This document shows positions 9,467-18,684 of a DNA stretch of 64,000 nucleotides, piece by piece. Origin of the DNA: Hydrogenophilales bacterium. Its GTDB lineage: Bacteria; Pseudomonadota; Gammaproteobacteria; Burkholderiales; Thiobacillaceae. A program made the position numbers and the translations under genes. The notes under the pieces were generated by a model, which was not told the origin of the DNA, made no database searches, and worked only from the letters and a program-made list of their open reading frames with translations. The stretch covers positions 3,282-67,281 of the forward strand of contig JAGXGP010000108.1 of assembly GCA_024636775.1 (NCBI GenBank), written 5' to 3'. The number at the start of each line of letters is the position of its first letter. Position 1 is the stretch's first letter.

Positions 9467-11556
9467 TGGCGCGGCAGAGGATCGTCATACGACAGGCGGT
9501 TCACGGCTATGTCGAAGGACACCGGGAGTTGTGGAACTCTGCTCAGCTGAAGCAGCGGGACAGCAAGACCGTTCTCATATACAGCGACACATCAAGCTCG
9601 GGACTGCCGATTGGTGAAGGAGGCTATCTGACTGGCTACCCACTACCGGAGTCTGGCTACTACGCGTTGGCCCGCACTTGGCCAGCGCCCGAAATGCAGC
9701 GTCCCGGCGCAGTGTGGACCCATACGCTTTTCATTGAGTTCGCCGACGTTGCCAGGCTACGTGATGCGACAACCTTGTTGGCGCTATTCCGGCGCCCTGA
9801 GGCCACGTCGGGCTCAAAGAGTGAATCGAGCCGAGAAGATGTACTTGAACTCTCCGTCACTGAATCAGAACCACTCGACTTCGCTACGGAAAGCGATGAG
9901 ATCTGGTATCGGCAACTGCTCGTTGCTCTATATGGGTCACCGGATGCGAAGGCCGTCGCTGTCTGCGGTAGTGACGACGCGGCCCGCATTGAACGCAATG
10001 TGTTGACGTTCTGGTCACAGCAATGGCCGCGTCTGCGCCGCGCGATGCGATTCTGCACACTAACAACTGCCGATCGCTCGGCCCCAAAGAGCGTCTTTGA
10101 CCTGCAAATAGTTCCGGATTCCGAGCGCGGAGTTCGCAGCAAGTTTCCCTCCGCGACGTTTGCCCAAGACATAACAGTAGTCGCGGCCGATTGGCTTGAT
10201 CATCTTGTTCTTGACTCGAAGAAGCCAGGGGAGTCGGGATTACGCGATTTTCTGCAGCAAGCCGGAGCTGACCTTACAACAGGACGGCGTGCATTCGTTC
10301 CGCTAACGCGCTTGCACATGGCTCTGACCAATCGCACCTCTAGCCGCGATACGTGGAACGAAGCGCTGAGCTTGGTGCGCGAGGTATCGAGTGGGGAGCC
10401 GTCAACTGCCGCCCAACTGGTGCTCACAGCGGCCATTGGCAATGCCTCAAATCTCGATGCGCCGAGCCTAGAGTTCGCGCTGAGCAACCTCACACTTGTT
10501 GACCGGCAGCAGCTGGTCGCGAACGCGGGTGCGCTTGGTGTCGCCGTATGGCGCTTCGCGCCGCTCCGTCTGGCGCAACTCTGGGAGTCTGGCGGGCTGG
10601 GTCGTGAGGTCGCGAGTTCCGGACTGGATGCGATTGAGCCGGACGCGTTGCTTGAAGGCCTACCGGTCACAGGAGAGTTTGCCGATACTGCATTCAAACT
10701 GCGCCCTGAACTACTCACGAGCGCTGCGATTTGGCGTGCCGATCCAGCGCTCGCAACGCGAGCCATCCGCACAGCGGCGCGCAACGTCGAGATTGCGCCA
10801 CGCGCGCTCGATCAACTGATCGCCTCACAGTCAACTGAGTTGATACCGACCGCATTCGAGGCTTTTGGGAATGAGAATGTTTGGCGGCATCTCGCTACAG
10901 CTTTGACTTCGCGAGAGCAACATGCGCCTGCATTGCTTGATTGGCTACAGGCTGGAATGAAGTATCCGGGAACGGTTGCGCAAGTATTGGCATCTACGCG
11001 CGGTCTGGATCGATCGGCACTGGCGGCTATCGCACGCGCGAGTCATCCCGATCTCGTGCCAAACGATTTCGGCGATGACCCTTGGGTGATTGCAGTCCAA
11101 CCGACCGATGCTGGCGTGATTCCAGACGATGACGCATACCTTTTCAGCTACTTGCTGGCGCGCGCCTTCGGAGTGCGATCGCGGAACATTGTTGGGCTGG
11201 TAGAACTCGCCCTCAATGCTGTCAGTTTGGCAGCGGCGACGAATGTGCTAACCCAAAGCGCATGGCAATTACTTGCGCCTCATCTTCCGGAATCGCATGA
11301 CTGGCAATCTTGGGATCGCTACCAACGTTTGCTTGCCGGAGTTGGCCAGCTATATGTTCGGAAAAACCTTGCAGTCGATTCGTTCGGGCGCCTTGGACGC
11401 GACACTTCCGATTTCAATTGCATTGTGTCGGCTGCTGCCAAGGAATGGGGCGGACGTGGGTACCTGCGGGGTGTGAGGCGGGAGTTCAAGAGCTCCCATG
11501 ACTTTTCTAGTCAAAGGCGTCGCATTATCGAAGACGCGATTGGCTCGTGGTTCTAG
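9466..11556 (+). CDS. GTPase-associated protein 1 (GAP1-N1/M/C-like)
   Basis: QAVHGY..GH; YLTGYPL; ARTWPAPEMQRPGAVWTHTL; WSQQWPRLRR motifs; TGATG coupling to GTPase 2. Confidence 0.75.
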   Translation: MARQRIVIRQAVHGYVEGHRELWNSAQLKQRDSKTVLIYSDTSSSGLPIGEGGYLTGYPLPESGYYALARTWPAPEMQRPGAVWTHTLFIEFADVARLRDATTLLALFRRPEATSGSKSESSREDVLELSVTESEPLDFATESDEIWYRQLLVALYGSPDAKAVAVCGSDDAARIERNVLTFWSQQWPRLRRAMRFCTLTTADRSAPKSVFDLQIVPDSERGVRSKFPSATFAQDITVVAADWLDHLVLDSKKPGESGLRDFLQQAGADLTTGRRAFVPLTRLHMALTNRTSSRDTWNEALSLVREVSSGEPSTAAQLVLTAAIGNASNLDAPSLEFALSNLTLVDRQQLVANAGALGVAVWRFAPLRLAQLWESGGLGREVASSGLDAIEPDALLEGLPVTGEFADTAFKLRPELLTSAAIWRADPALATRAIRTAARNVEIAPRALDQLIASQSTELIPTAFEAFGNENVWRHLATALTSREQHAPALLDWLQAGMKYPGTVAQVLASTRGLDRSALAAIARASHPDLVPNDFGDDPWVIAVQPTDAGVIPDDDAYLFSYLLARAFGVRSRNIVGLVELALNAVSLAAATNVLTQSAWQLLAPHLPESHDWQSWDRYQRLLAGVGQLYVRKNLAVDSFGRLGRDTSDFNCIVSAAAKEWGGRGYLRGVRREFKSSHDFSSQRRRIIEDAIGSWF

Positions 11557-11724
11557 GGTCCAAAGAAAATAGCTGTTGCGATAAACACATACTGTGGCAA
11601 TTACAGCCGCAATTCTTCCGCGCAAGAGTACTTGCATAGAGGCAACCTCGACAGGAGCCGGTCGGCAAAAAGTTCCGAATGACAGCTTCCAAGCGACAAC
11701 GCCGAGCTCGCGACCGGCCGCTCT

Positions 11725-11756
11725 GGGTCGCTATGTATAGCTTTACATAGCGACCC
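11725..11756. repeat. Perfect 13-bp inverted repeat
   Basis: GGGTCGCTATGTA-tagctt-TACATAGCGACCC. Confidence 0.85.
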
Positions 11757-11830
11757 GTTGCAGCCATACGAAGCTCGGCCTGACCTACGTCTGAAATCAG
11801 CGGTAGAACCGCCATCCAAACATTAGAGGC

Positions 11831-11980
11831 GGATGCCGGGTCATCGGCCATTGCGGCGGCCGGTGGCGTCGCCCCATCTGAATGACCGGTGTCGCGCAGG
11901 TTGCCGACGTTTAGGGATTTCGCTGCCGAATGGCCGCTTTCGTCAGCAGCGAAAGACGGCAGCCGACCCAAAGCAGAGAC
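11831..11980 (+). repeat. Left copy of ~150-bp composite inverted repeat (three ~30-bp boxes)
   Basis: 11955-11977 matches the reverse complement of 17007-17029 at 22/23; 11881-11911 matches the reverse complement of 17074-17104 at 26/31; spacing is conserved. Confidence 0.75.
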
Positions 11981-11995
11981 TCACGGCCAATCCGG

Positions 11996-14962
11996 CTATT
12001 TGCCGCTGCGCTGCCGGTTCAGCGCCAGCAGGCGGCGCAGGATGACTTCGTCCTCCCATTGCGGGGTGTAATCATTCCAGCCGTAGGCTGTGGCTACGGC
12101 TTTGTCCAGGGTTTCATGCGCGAGAGCAAGCCACGACGGACGATGGTTGTAAAGGTTGGTGAGGGTGCGCTTTTTCAGCTCAGCCTCGTGACCGAGCTTG
12201 GCAACTGGACGCGTGGGGAACCCGGCAGCTTGTTCTTCGGGGGTGATGAGCCAGTCCGTCCATTCGGGCGGGTTCAGGTAGTGGTCGCGCAGCTTGATGA
12301 GCTCTTGTGCTGCAGTGGCGATGGCCTTGGCTTTCTCGTTGCCTTCGTATTTCGTCGCAGGGATGTCGGGCGTCAGGCCGTCTGGAAACGGGAAGGTTTC
12401 AAAGCAAGTTGTGTGTGTATAGCGAGGGTCATTGCCAACCCCCAGGCTCGTGCCGCGCCTTAACGCCCAAACCTCATGTATTCGAGACTGAAGCACTCCA
12501 ATGGTGGTGTCGTCATCACGGGCGACGACGACAAGTGCATCGCCGGGAGTAACAGCAGCCGATGTCCATGCGCAGAGATGGTGCTTTGATACTCGCGTGA
12601 TGGCGATGTAGCGTGATAGTCCGTGGAGGGCCATGAACATCTCTGGGCGAGGCCAAGCGAACTGCCACCACGGATACTTCTGGAAATCGTTGAAGCGGTC
12701 CGTATGCGGTCGATGCAAGCGCACATTCGAGATGGCTGCAAACGGCTTCTCAAACATGACGGCAGCCTTTTCATCGCGGCCTACAAAATTGACAATGAAC
12801 CTGTCGAGTGGGCGTGTCGTGATGTCATCCGTAATCAGATAGGGTCGAACAACTGCCGCCATTGGCTCCCCGTTCATTGTGGCTGGTTCCTGCAGTATTT
12901 TTCGAGCTACGCTCCCTTCCAAGTTAAAGCTGGCATCAGGCAAGCCAAGCTCTTCACGCAGCTTCCTCTTGACGGCCGCCGAAGGCGTCACACCCTGGAA
13001 TGACTTGTTAAGGTTTTCCCGCATTTTTGATGCTTTTGTCACATCAATGTCTGCAGTCAGGTCTGCGTGAATGACCGCGACCTCAAGTCCGTCCAGTTGT
13101 GGCTTCATGGCACTTTGTCCAAAGCCCGTCATAGACACGCGCACTGCAGCGCCGTTGTCCCACCATTCTTCATCGCTCCACGCAAGGAAAATGCGCGACT
13201 TCTCCAAGATGCGGCTGAGGACCTCGCGGTTCGCTCCGCCGCGTATGGAGTTGGTCGAAACCAACCCTGCTGCTTGCAATTGGCCCGCTTCCATCTGCAT
13301 CCGAGCTTTCTCAAACCAGAAGCAAACAAAGTCTGCACCGTCAAGACTGTTATCTCGATAGGCCAAGCGCACTGTATCCACATAGACATCGCCCAACTCA
13401 CCGCGCATCTTCTTGTTGCCGATAAAAGGTGGATTACCGACTATCACATCCGCCTTGGGCCACTGGGCTTGGCTGCCATCAGAGTTCACCAGCGCATCAC
13501 GGTGTTCGACGCCATCCAGTGGCTTGAGAATCGGGTTGCTTGCGTGTCGCCAGCCGTTCTGCCTGCACCACTGGATGTCGCCAATCCACACCGTGACCCG
13601 CGCCAGTTCTGCCGCGAACTCGTTGATTTCCAGGCCGAGTATGTTGTGCGGGCCGGTATGCAATTCCGTCTCGGCTTGAAGGCCCAGTTCCTGTGCCTCG
13701 ACCTGCGCGCGTTTTTCAACATCGCGCAGAGCCTTGAGCGCCAGATAAAGAAAGTTGCCGCTACCGCAAGCCGGGTCAAGCACGCGAAACTTGTTGAGAT
13801 GCAAAAGAAACCCGGTATAGCGCTTGTTAGCATCGTTCATCGCCCTGGTGCTCGCGGTCTTTGCGGCGGTGAGCTTGCGCTCCATTTCCTTCTTTGCTTG
13901 TGCGGTAGCTTTCACATCTAAGGCAGCGGCTTTCGCCTCGTCGAAGGCTCCAGCCTTGACTATGCACTTAGCAATTTTTTCGTGCGTCGCTTGCCATTCG
14001 GCCAGCAGCGGCTCACGCACCAGCGGATCGACAAGCTTTGCAATAGTGCCGGTGTCGGTGTAATGAGCGCCGAGCGCAGCGCGCTTTTTTCCAAGCCCTC
14101 GCTCAAACAGCGTGCCGAAAATGGTGGGGTCAATTGCACGCCAGTCCATATCGGCAGAGGCTGCACGCAGAGTTTCAAGGTCGCTGGCTGTCAGCACAGG
14201 GACGGCAATCTGCCTAAACAGGCCGCCATTGAACCATTCGATGTCGTCATTACCATAAACGCCTCGTGGTTTCTGCATGGCGTTGAACAGCGCGGCAATG
14301 CGATTGGCGGCCTTAGCTACGTCGCTTTTGGCGCTGGCAAGCAGGCCTGTGAAAATTCTCTCGGGCAACAGCCCTTCGTCTTCGGCAAACATGCAGAACA
14401 GGCATTGCACGAGGAAGTGCGCCACTCGGTTGCTGTCTTCCCCACGCTGGCGCATGGCATCGGCCAAGCCGGCAAAGCGCCTGGCCGCCTCTTCGGTGAC
14501 GGCGGCGGTGGATTTTTCGGGACGTAGCTTCAGCGGGTCGGTGAACACCCATTTGAGTCTTTGCCGTTTGCTGTCATCCACCAATTCTTCGATGCGGATT
14601 TCGCACGGTTCGTCGGGGTACCCGGTGAAGGCAGTGTGGATGATGATGCGCTCGCGGTCGCACACCACCAAGAGCGGCGGACTTTCGAGTTGCAGGGCGT
14701 AGTCTGTGAGTTGCTTGAGGGCTTTGTCCAGGTCACGGCCGGGCTTCTTATTTTCCCACGCGAAAAAGCCGCGCTTCCACACATCGGCCCAGCCATCGCC
14801 CCCGCCGGATTTCTTTGCGCCACGCTCGAAACAGTAATTGTTGGGGTCGCGCGGCTTATCAACGCCGAGCAGCTCGCACAGATCATCAAAATGTGCCTGC
14901 GCCCCGGCACGTTCAGTGAGTTTGTTGGATTGCCAGATTGTGATGAATTGGGCGGGCGTCAT
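11996..14962 (-). CDS. MmeI-like Type IIG/IIL restriction-modification enzyme (nuclease-N6A MTase-TRD)
   Basis: ADVWK..WENK nuclease motif; IFGTLFE; GAHYT; DPACGSGNF; GNPPF; C-terminal RYTHTTCFETFPFP and TLTNLYN. Confidence 0.85.
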   Translation of the reverse strand: MTPAQFITIWQSNKLTERAGAQAHFDDLCELLGVDKPRDPNNYCFERGAKKSGGGDGWADVWKRGFFAWENKKPGRDLDKALKQLTDYALQLESPPLLVVCDRERIIIHTAFTGYPDEPCEIRIEELVDDSKRQRLKWVFTDPLKLRPEKSTAAVTEEAARRFAGLADAMRQRGEDSNRVAHFLVQCLFCMFAEDEGLLPERIFTGLLASAKSDVAKAANRIAALFNAMQKPRGVYGNDDIEWFNGGLFRQIAVPVLTASDLETLRAASADMDWRAIDPTIFGTLFERGLGKKRAALGAHYTDTGTIAKLVDPLVREPLLAEWQATHEKIAKCIVKAGAFDEAKAAALDVKATAQAKKEMERKLTAAKTASTRAMNDANKRYTGFLLHLNKFRVLDPACGSGNFLYLALKALRDVEKRAQVEAQELGLQAETELHTGPHNILGLEINEFAAELARVTVWIGDIQWCRQNGWRHASNPILKPLDGVEHRDALVNSDGSQAQWPKADVIVGNPPFIGNKKMRGELGDVYVDTVRLAYRDNSLDGADFVCFWFEKARMQMEAGQLQAAGLVSTNSIRGGANREVLSRILEKSRIFLAWSDEEWWDNGAAVRVSMTGFGQSAMKPQLDGLEVAVIHADLTADIDVTKASKMRENLNKSFQGVTPSAAVKRKLREELGLPDASFNLEGSVARKILQEPATMNGEPMAAVVRPYLITDDITTRPLDRFIVNFVGRDEKAAVMFEKPFAAISNVRLHRPHTDRFNDFQKYPWWQFAWPRPEMFMALHGLSRYIAITRVSKHHLCAWTSAAVTPGDALVVVARDDDTTIGVLQSRIHEVWALRRGTSLGVGNDPRYTHTTCFETFPFPDGLTPDIPATKYEGNEKAKAIATAAQELIKLRDHYLNPPEWTDWLITPEEQAAGFPTRPVAKLGHEAELKKRTLTNLYNHRPSWLALAHETLDKAVATAYGWNDYTPQWEDEVILRRLLALNRQRSGK

Positions 14963-15204
14963 GGAGTTTTTAGAACTACATAGATATGCAGTAAATGGGT
15001 GGTGCGACGAAGGCTAACACTGAATCACACTGGGTTTTAACTCGCCACAGAAGTTCGACAGTTACCATTCGTTTGGTGGCAACCGGCTATTGGCGGACGT
15101 TGGCTCGCGACAGCTTTCAGGCTGGCAAGTGGATCAGGGATGGCTGTAGCCTTGGCACACCGTTGGGGCTTGCGTTTGAACTGGCTGAACATGTCTGCTG
15201 CTGA

Positions 15205-16863
15205 TTAAACGCCATATCTGCTGACCCGGATAGCGTTCAACAAACTCGTGGCTTTGATGCGCTCGAGCGCCTCCTTTGCCTTGGCCGTGATTTCAGCGTG
15301 CTCGCTGTCCGCCCACCGCAGCGACCACTTGATTAGGTTCGACAACTTGACGTCATCGTGCTCCTTCAGAAACATGGCATGGTACTCATCGACAGATGCT
15401 TTCATCATTGCTTCTAGGTGCTCAGGGTTGTAGCTGCTGTTCTTGGCTATAAAAATGACTGCCTCTTCCAACCCGGGTAGCTGCTTGAGTCCAGAGTGAA
15501 CGGTGTCGAAAGTGGCGCGCAGCTTGGTGTCGTCGATCGATCCGCCAAAAGGGTGTTCCTTCAAATCGAAAGTCGATGGCTTGGCTTTATTCGCGTGGAC
15601 GAACTTGTCGATCAGACTGTCGGCAAGGTCGTCTCGGTTTAGATCACGCAGCAACCGGACGGTGCCGTTGAGATCGTTGCTGCTGATGTGGGCTATCGCG
15701 TGGAGCGCGGTGTCATAAAGCTCCACGATGAACGCGTCCTGGTCGTCCGAGAACGAGTTATGGAAACGACGCCAAACCGTCGTGAAAGGCACGAGCATCT
15801 CGTTGCTGCGCAGCTCCTCGTTCAACTTCTTGGCAACTTCGACAAACCCGGTACCTTCGACGTAGCCGCGTTCGACGATACGAGCGATGGCCAAATCAAG
15901 GTCATCGACGTGTATGAAGCCGAAGGCCTTCAGCCGCTGCACCCAAGCCAAGGTCACAGAATCTTGCTCGGCTTCCTTTTTGAATGAGAGTAGGGCCTTG
16001 TTCCAGTTCTCGATGTCCTCAATCTTCGGCTTCGACACGTCGGGGGCATACGCGCACCAGCACAGCAATACGGTGGTCGCAATGGACGCCTCGATCACGT
16101 TGGAGTGCAAGCCCCCCATGGTCGCCACGATTCGCGTGATCAACTGATGCAGCTTGCGCAGGATCCGCACGTTCGTGATGCCAAGATCGACGACATGACG
16201 CAAGACGAGATCGCGATTTGGGAAAGTGGCATCAAACACGAGGTCGAAAGCCTCTTGAACCGTCGGTGCGTACAGCACCTCGAAGTCAATCGCTTTCTCG
16301 CGGTAGGCGCGGTATGCATCCTTTGCGCCGAGCTGTTCGGCATTGAAAATCAGGGCGACTTTGCAGCCGCGTTCCTCGCTCAACTCGGTGATCAGTCCCA
16401 GCACGTCCTCCGCCTTGATTGTGGTCTGGCGCTCGAAGTCGTCAAAGCACACCAAGGTGTCGCGGACAGCGCTGGGAGCTAGCGCTTCCAGGCCCAGCGA
16501 GACGCTGCTGCCATGAGGCAAGCTTTTCATCATCGAGCCAAATCGCTCGTACTGCCCTTTTAACCAGTCCTTTGCGATCGAGTTCCAGTGCTCGTTAATT
16601 GTGTCTAAGTCGAGCTTCTTACCGAGGGTGACCACCGCGACCGACTTGGTGAACAGCGACATCCGCAACTCGGCCATGCTATTGATGCCGAAGAGACTGA
16701 CATAGCAGTATTGTTTGAATTTGATGCCGTCCTTGTGAGCCAGCAGCGCCTCGCGCCAAGCGTAGGTTTTGCCGGTGCCCCAAGCTCCCGTCAGCGCTAG
16801 GACATTCGTTTCCGCGTTGCTCAGAAAGTCTTTTAATACCGCCTTGGTGATCTGTACGCTCAT
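15205..16863 (-). CDS. KAP-family-like P-loop NTPase
   Basis: Walker A GAWGTGKT, YVSLFG, Walker B CFDDFER, YREKAID, NVRIL. Confidence 0.8.
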   Translation of the reverse strand: MSVQITKAVLKDFLSNAETNVLALTGAWGTGKTYAWREALLAHKDGIKFKQYCYVSLFGINSMAELRMSLFTKSVAVVTLGKKLDLDTINEHWNSIAKDWLKGQYERFGSMMKSLPHGSSVSLGLEALAPSAVRDTLVCFDDFERQTTIKAEDVLGLITELSEERGCKVALIFNAEQLGAKDAYRAYREKAIDFEVLYAPTVQEAFDLVFDATFPNRDLVLRHVVDLGITNVRILRKLHQLITRIVATMGGLHSNVIEASIATTVLLCWCAYAPDVSKPKIEDIENWNKALLSFKKEAEQDSVTLAWVQRLKAFGFIHVDDLDLAIARIVERGYVEGTGFVEVAKKLNEELRSNEMLVPFTTVWRRFHNSFSDDQDAFIVELYDTALHAIAHISSNDLNGTVRLLRDLNRDDLADSLIDKFVHANKAKPSTFDLKEHPFGGSIDDTKLRATFDTVHSGLKQLPGLEEAVIFIAKNSSYNPEHLEAMMKASVDEYHAMFLKEHDDVKLSNLIKWSLRWADSEHAEITAKAKEALERIKATSLLNAIRVSRYGV

Positions 16864-17000
16864 CCCGCCCCCTATTTCTTGTTACGAATTGAAGGATACA
16901 GGGTTGACGAGGCTGGAAGGTGACGCGCTGCACGGGCAGCAATGGGTTCGGTCAGACCACGATATTGAGCGTCCGCTTGAAGGTACTTCAGCGAGTTCGG

Positions 17001-17150
17001 GCTGCATCTGCTTTGGGTCGGGTGCCGTCCCTCGCCGGTGACCAAATCTGCCGCTCAGGCAGAGTACCGCGTCAACGGCAGCAACCAGCGCGACTCCGGC
17101 CATTGGTTTTGGTTAGCGCCACCGGCAGCAATGGCCGACAAGCGGTCTCC
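17001..17150 (-). repeat. Right copy of ~150-bp composite inverted repeat
   Basis: Three boxes are reverse-complementary to those at 11831-11980; 16-nt and 43/44-nt spacers conserved. Confidence 0.75.
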
Positions 17151-17354
17151 ATGGGCTGCTGCGTAATCGCCTGTTCCACAAACTAAGGTAGGTGGCCAAC
17201 TTGAGTCTCAAGGGTGTCTTGTAAACTGGGCCGGTCCACTTTGCCTGCGCAATTGTCTATCGTGATCGAGTCAGGTGGTTAATCACCAAAATTGGCGCAT
17301 AGATGTAGGGTCTAAAATGCATCCAGACACCTCACCCAAAGTAAGGGCAAGGGT

Positions 17355-17531
17355 ATGAAATACATTCAGGTACTTACGATCCTGTTTCTCTTATTCACGA
17401 GCAAACGTTACCGAGAGAAGTGGCGACAGGCGCGTGAAGGACTTTCAGATGCGACTGATGGAGCAGAAGCGTGCGTGCGCCAGCTGAGAGCTAGGCATAA
17501 CGGCGGCAAGCCAAACTTACGACTGCGTTAA
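17355..17531 (+). CDS. Possible small protein (58 aa, hydrophobic N-terminus)
   Basis: MKYIQVLTILFLLFTSKRYREKW...; purine-rich upstream sequence; below the ORF-track length cut-off. Confidence 0.3.
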   Translation: MKYIQVLTILFLLFTSKRYREKWRQAREGLSDATDGAEACVRQLRARHNGGKPNLRLR

Positions 17532-17835
17532 GCTGTCGCCAAGGGGAGATGTTTACCAATTCCGGCTTCAGCCCTGATCTGATTCCGCCTCGGAACAAAT
17601 AACTCACCGTTACAGAAGAAGGCATAACATGGATGCCAATAAACAAACTGTTGCTATGCAGCAAGATAAGAGCCACGTGAAATTGAAGCCGAGACCAATC
17701 GTGAGCATGAACTTGACAAGCTGCTATGCGAAAATGCTCCTGAAAACGTACATTTCCAGATCGGTTTTTGTAAATATGTTGGGCGTTATCCATCAATTGA
17801 GTGAGCTTAAACGGATGAAGTTTCAGTAGTTCAAA

Positions 17836-18069
17836 ATGGGTAAAACACGAATCATGATCGATCAGATACGCGAACAGAAACGCCGTCGGCAAGCAAACAA
17901 AATCAGTGTCGAATTGACCGCCTCTGGCCGCAATGCCCCACCGGCTGACTCAAACTTGGAAGAGTGGGTTCCTGTGGTGGATATAGACTCAAACAAGACA
18001 ATCTGGTTTCCCAAGGATTTGTACAACGAGTACCAACGGTTGCGCTTTTCAGATGCAGGTGAACCATAA
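17836..18069 (+). CDS. Hypothetical protein (77 aa)
   Basis: ORF with protein-like composition; no recognisable family. Confidence 0.35.
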   Translation: MGKTRIMIDQIREQKRRRQANKISVELTASGRNAPPADSNLEEWVPVVDIDSNKTIWFPKDLYNEYQRLRFSDAGEP

Positions 18070-18128
18070 CGTATAAGCAAAATGAGTTAGGGAAAAGCCA
18101 GAAGTGGTTTTCTGGGTCCGTGATCGTT

Positions 18129-18150
18129 TTTTCATGAATTTCCATGAAAA
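18129..18150. promoter_or_regulatory. Palindrome upstream of the tRNA promoter
   Basis: TTTTCATG-N6-CATGAAAA, followed by a TAAAAT -10-like hexamer before the tRNA. Confidence 0.35.
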
Positions 18151-18186
18151 TAACCGCGCATGCGCTCTGGTAAAATTATTGCCCAT

Positions 18187-18262
18187 GGGGGCATAGCTCA
18201 GCTGGGAGAGCGTCTGGTTCGCAATCAGAAGGTCGGGAGTTCGATCCTCCCTGTCTCCACCA
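18187..18262 (+). tRNA. tRNA-Ala (anticodon CGC)
   Basis: 76-nt cloverleaf; acceptor GGGGGCA/TGTCTCC with G3-U70; anticodon loop TTCGCAA; TTCGATC T-loop; encoded CCA. Confidence 0.95.
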
Positions 18263-18684
18263 TCAATTTCAAGGCTTAGGTGGGATCACTGGGCGCGATA
18301 CAAACGCTCTAGCGTGATCCACGAGCCCTATCTTTGGCATCGAGGTATCCAGCGGTTACAGCCGGCAGCGCCGTACACCTGACTGGAAACACTCTCGACG
18401 TGACAGGAGCGGAAACAGCCTCACGTAGGAGAGGGCGGGGGAGTGTTTTCGTCCCCTGCCCCACCCGACGGCTCGCGGGCGAAAGCGGGGCTTGGGGCCG
18501 CACCCCAATCCAGCCACAACATGGCTCTCGAAGCGGACCATAGACTAAAAGGCAAAGTCATAGCTTGCGCTAGGCATCACGGGGGGGGAAGTGTGCACCT
18601 GCGGCTTCTTCCCCGGTACGGGCGGAAGCAAAGCAGCTTTTCCAGTTCCTCCAAGACGAAAAAAGCTCACCGATGACCAACCCT

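Noticed and set aside
11525-12071. Short ORFs in the island spacers (also 4849-5100 and 16882-17186)
   Set aside because: They read through the repeat boxes and have no protein-like features.
4830-17150. Intergenic boxes as integron attC sites or CRISPR repeats
   Set aside because: No consistent RYYYAAC...GTTRRRY ends, no IntI or cas gene, irregular spacing and degenerate copies.
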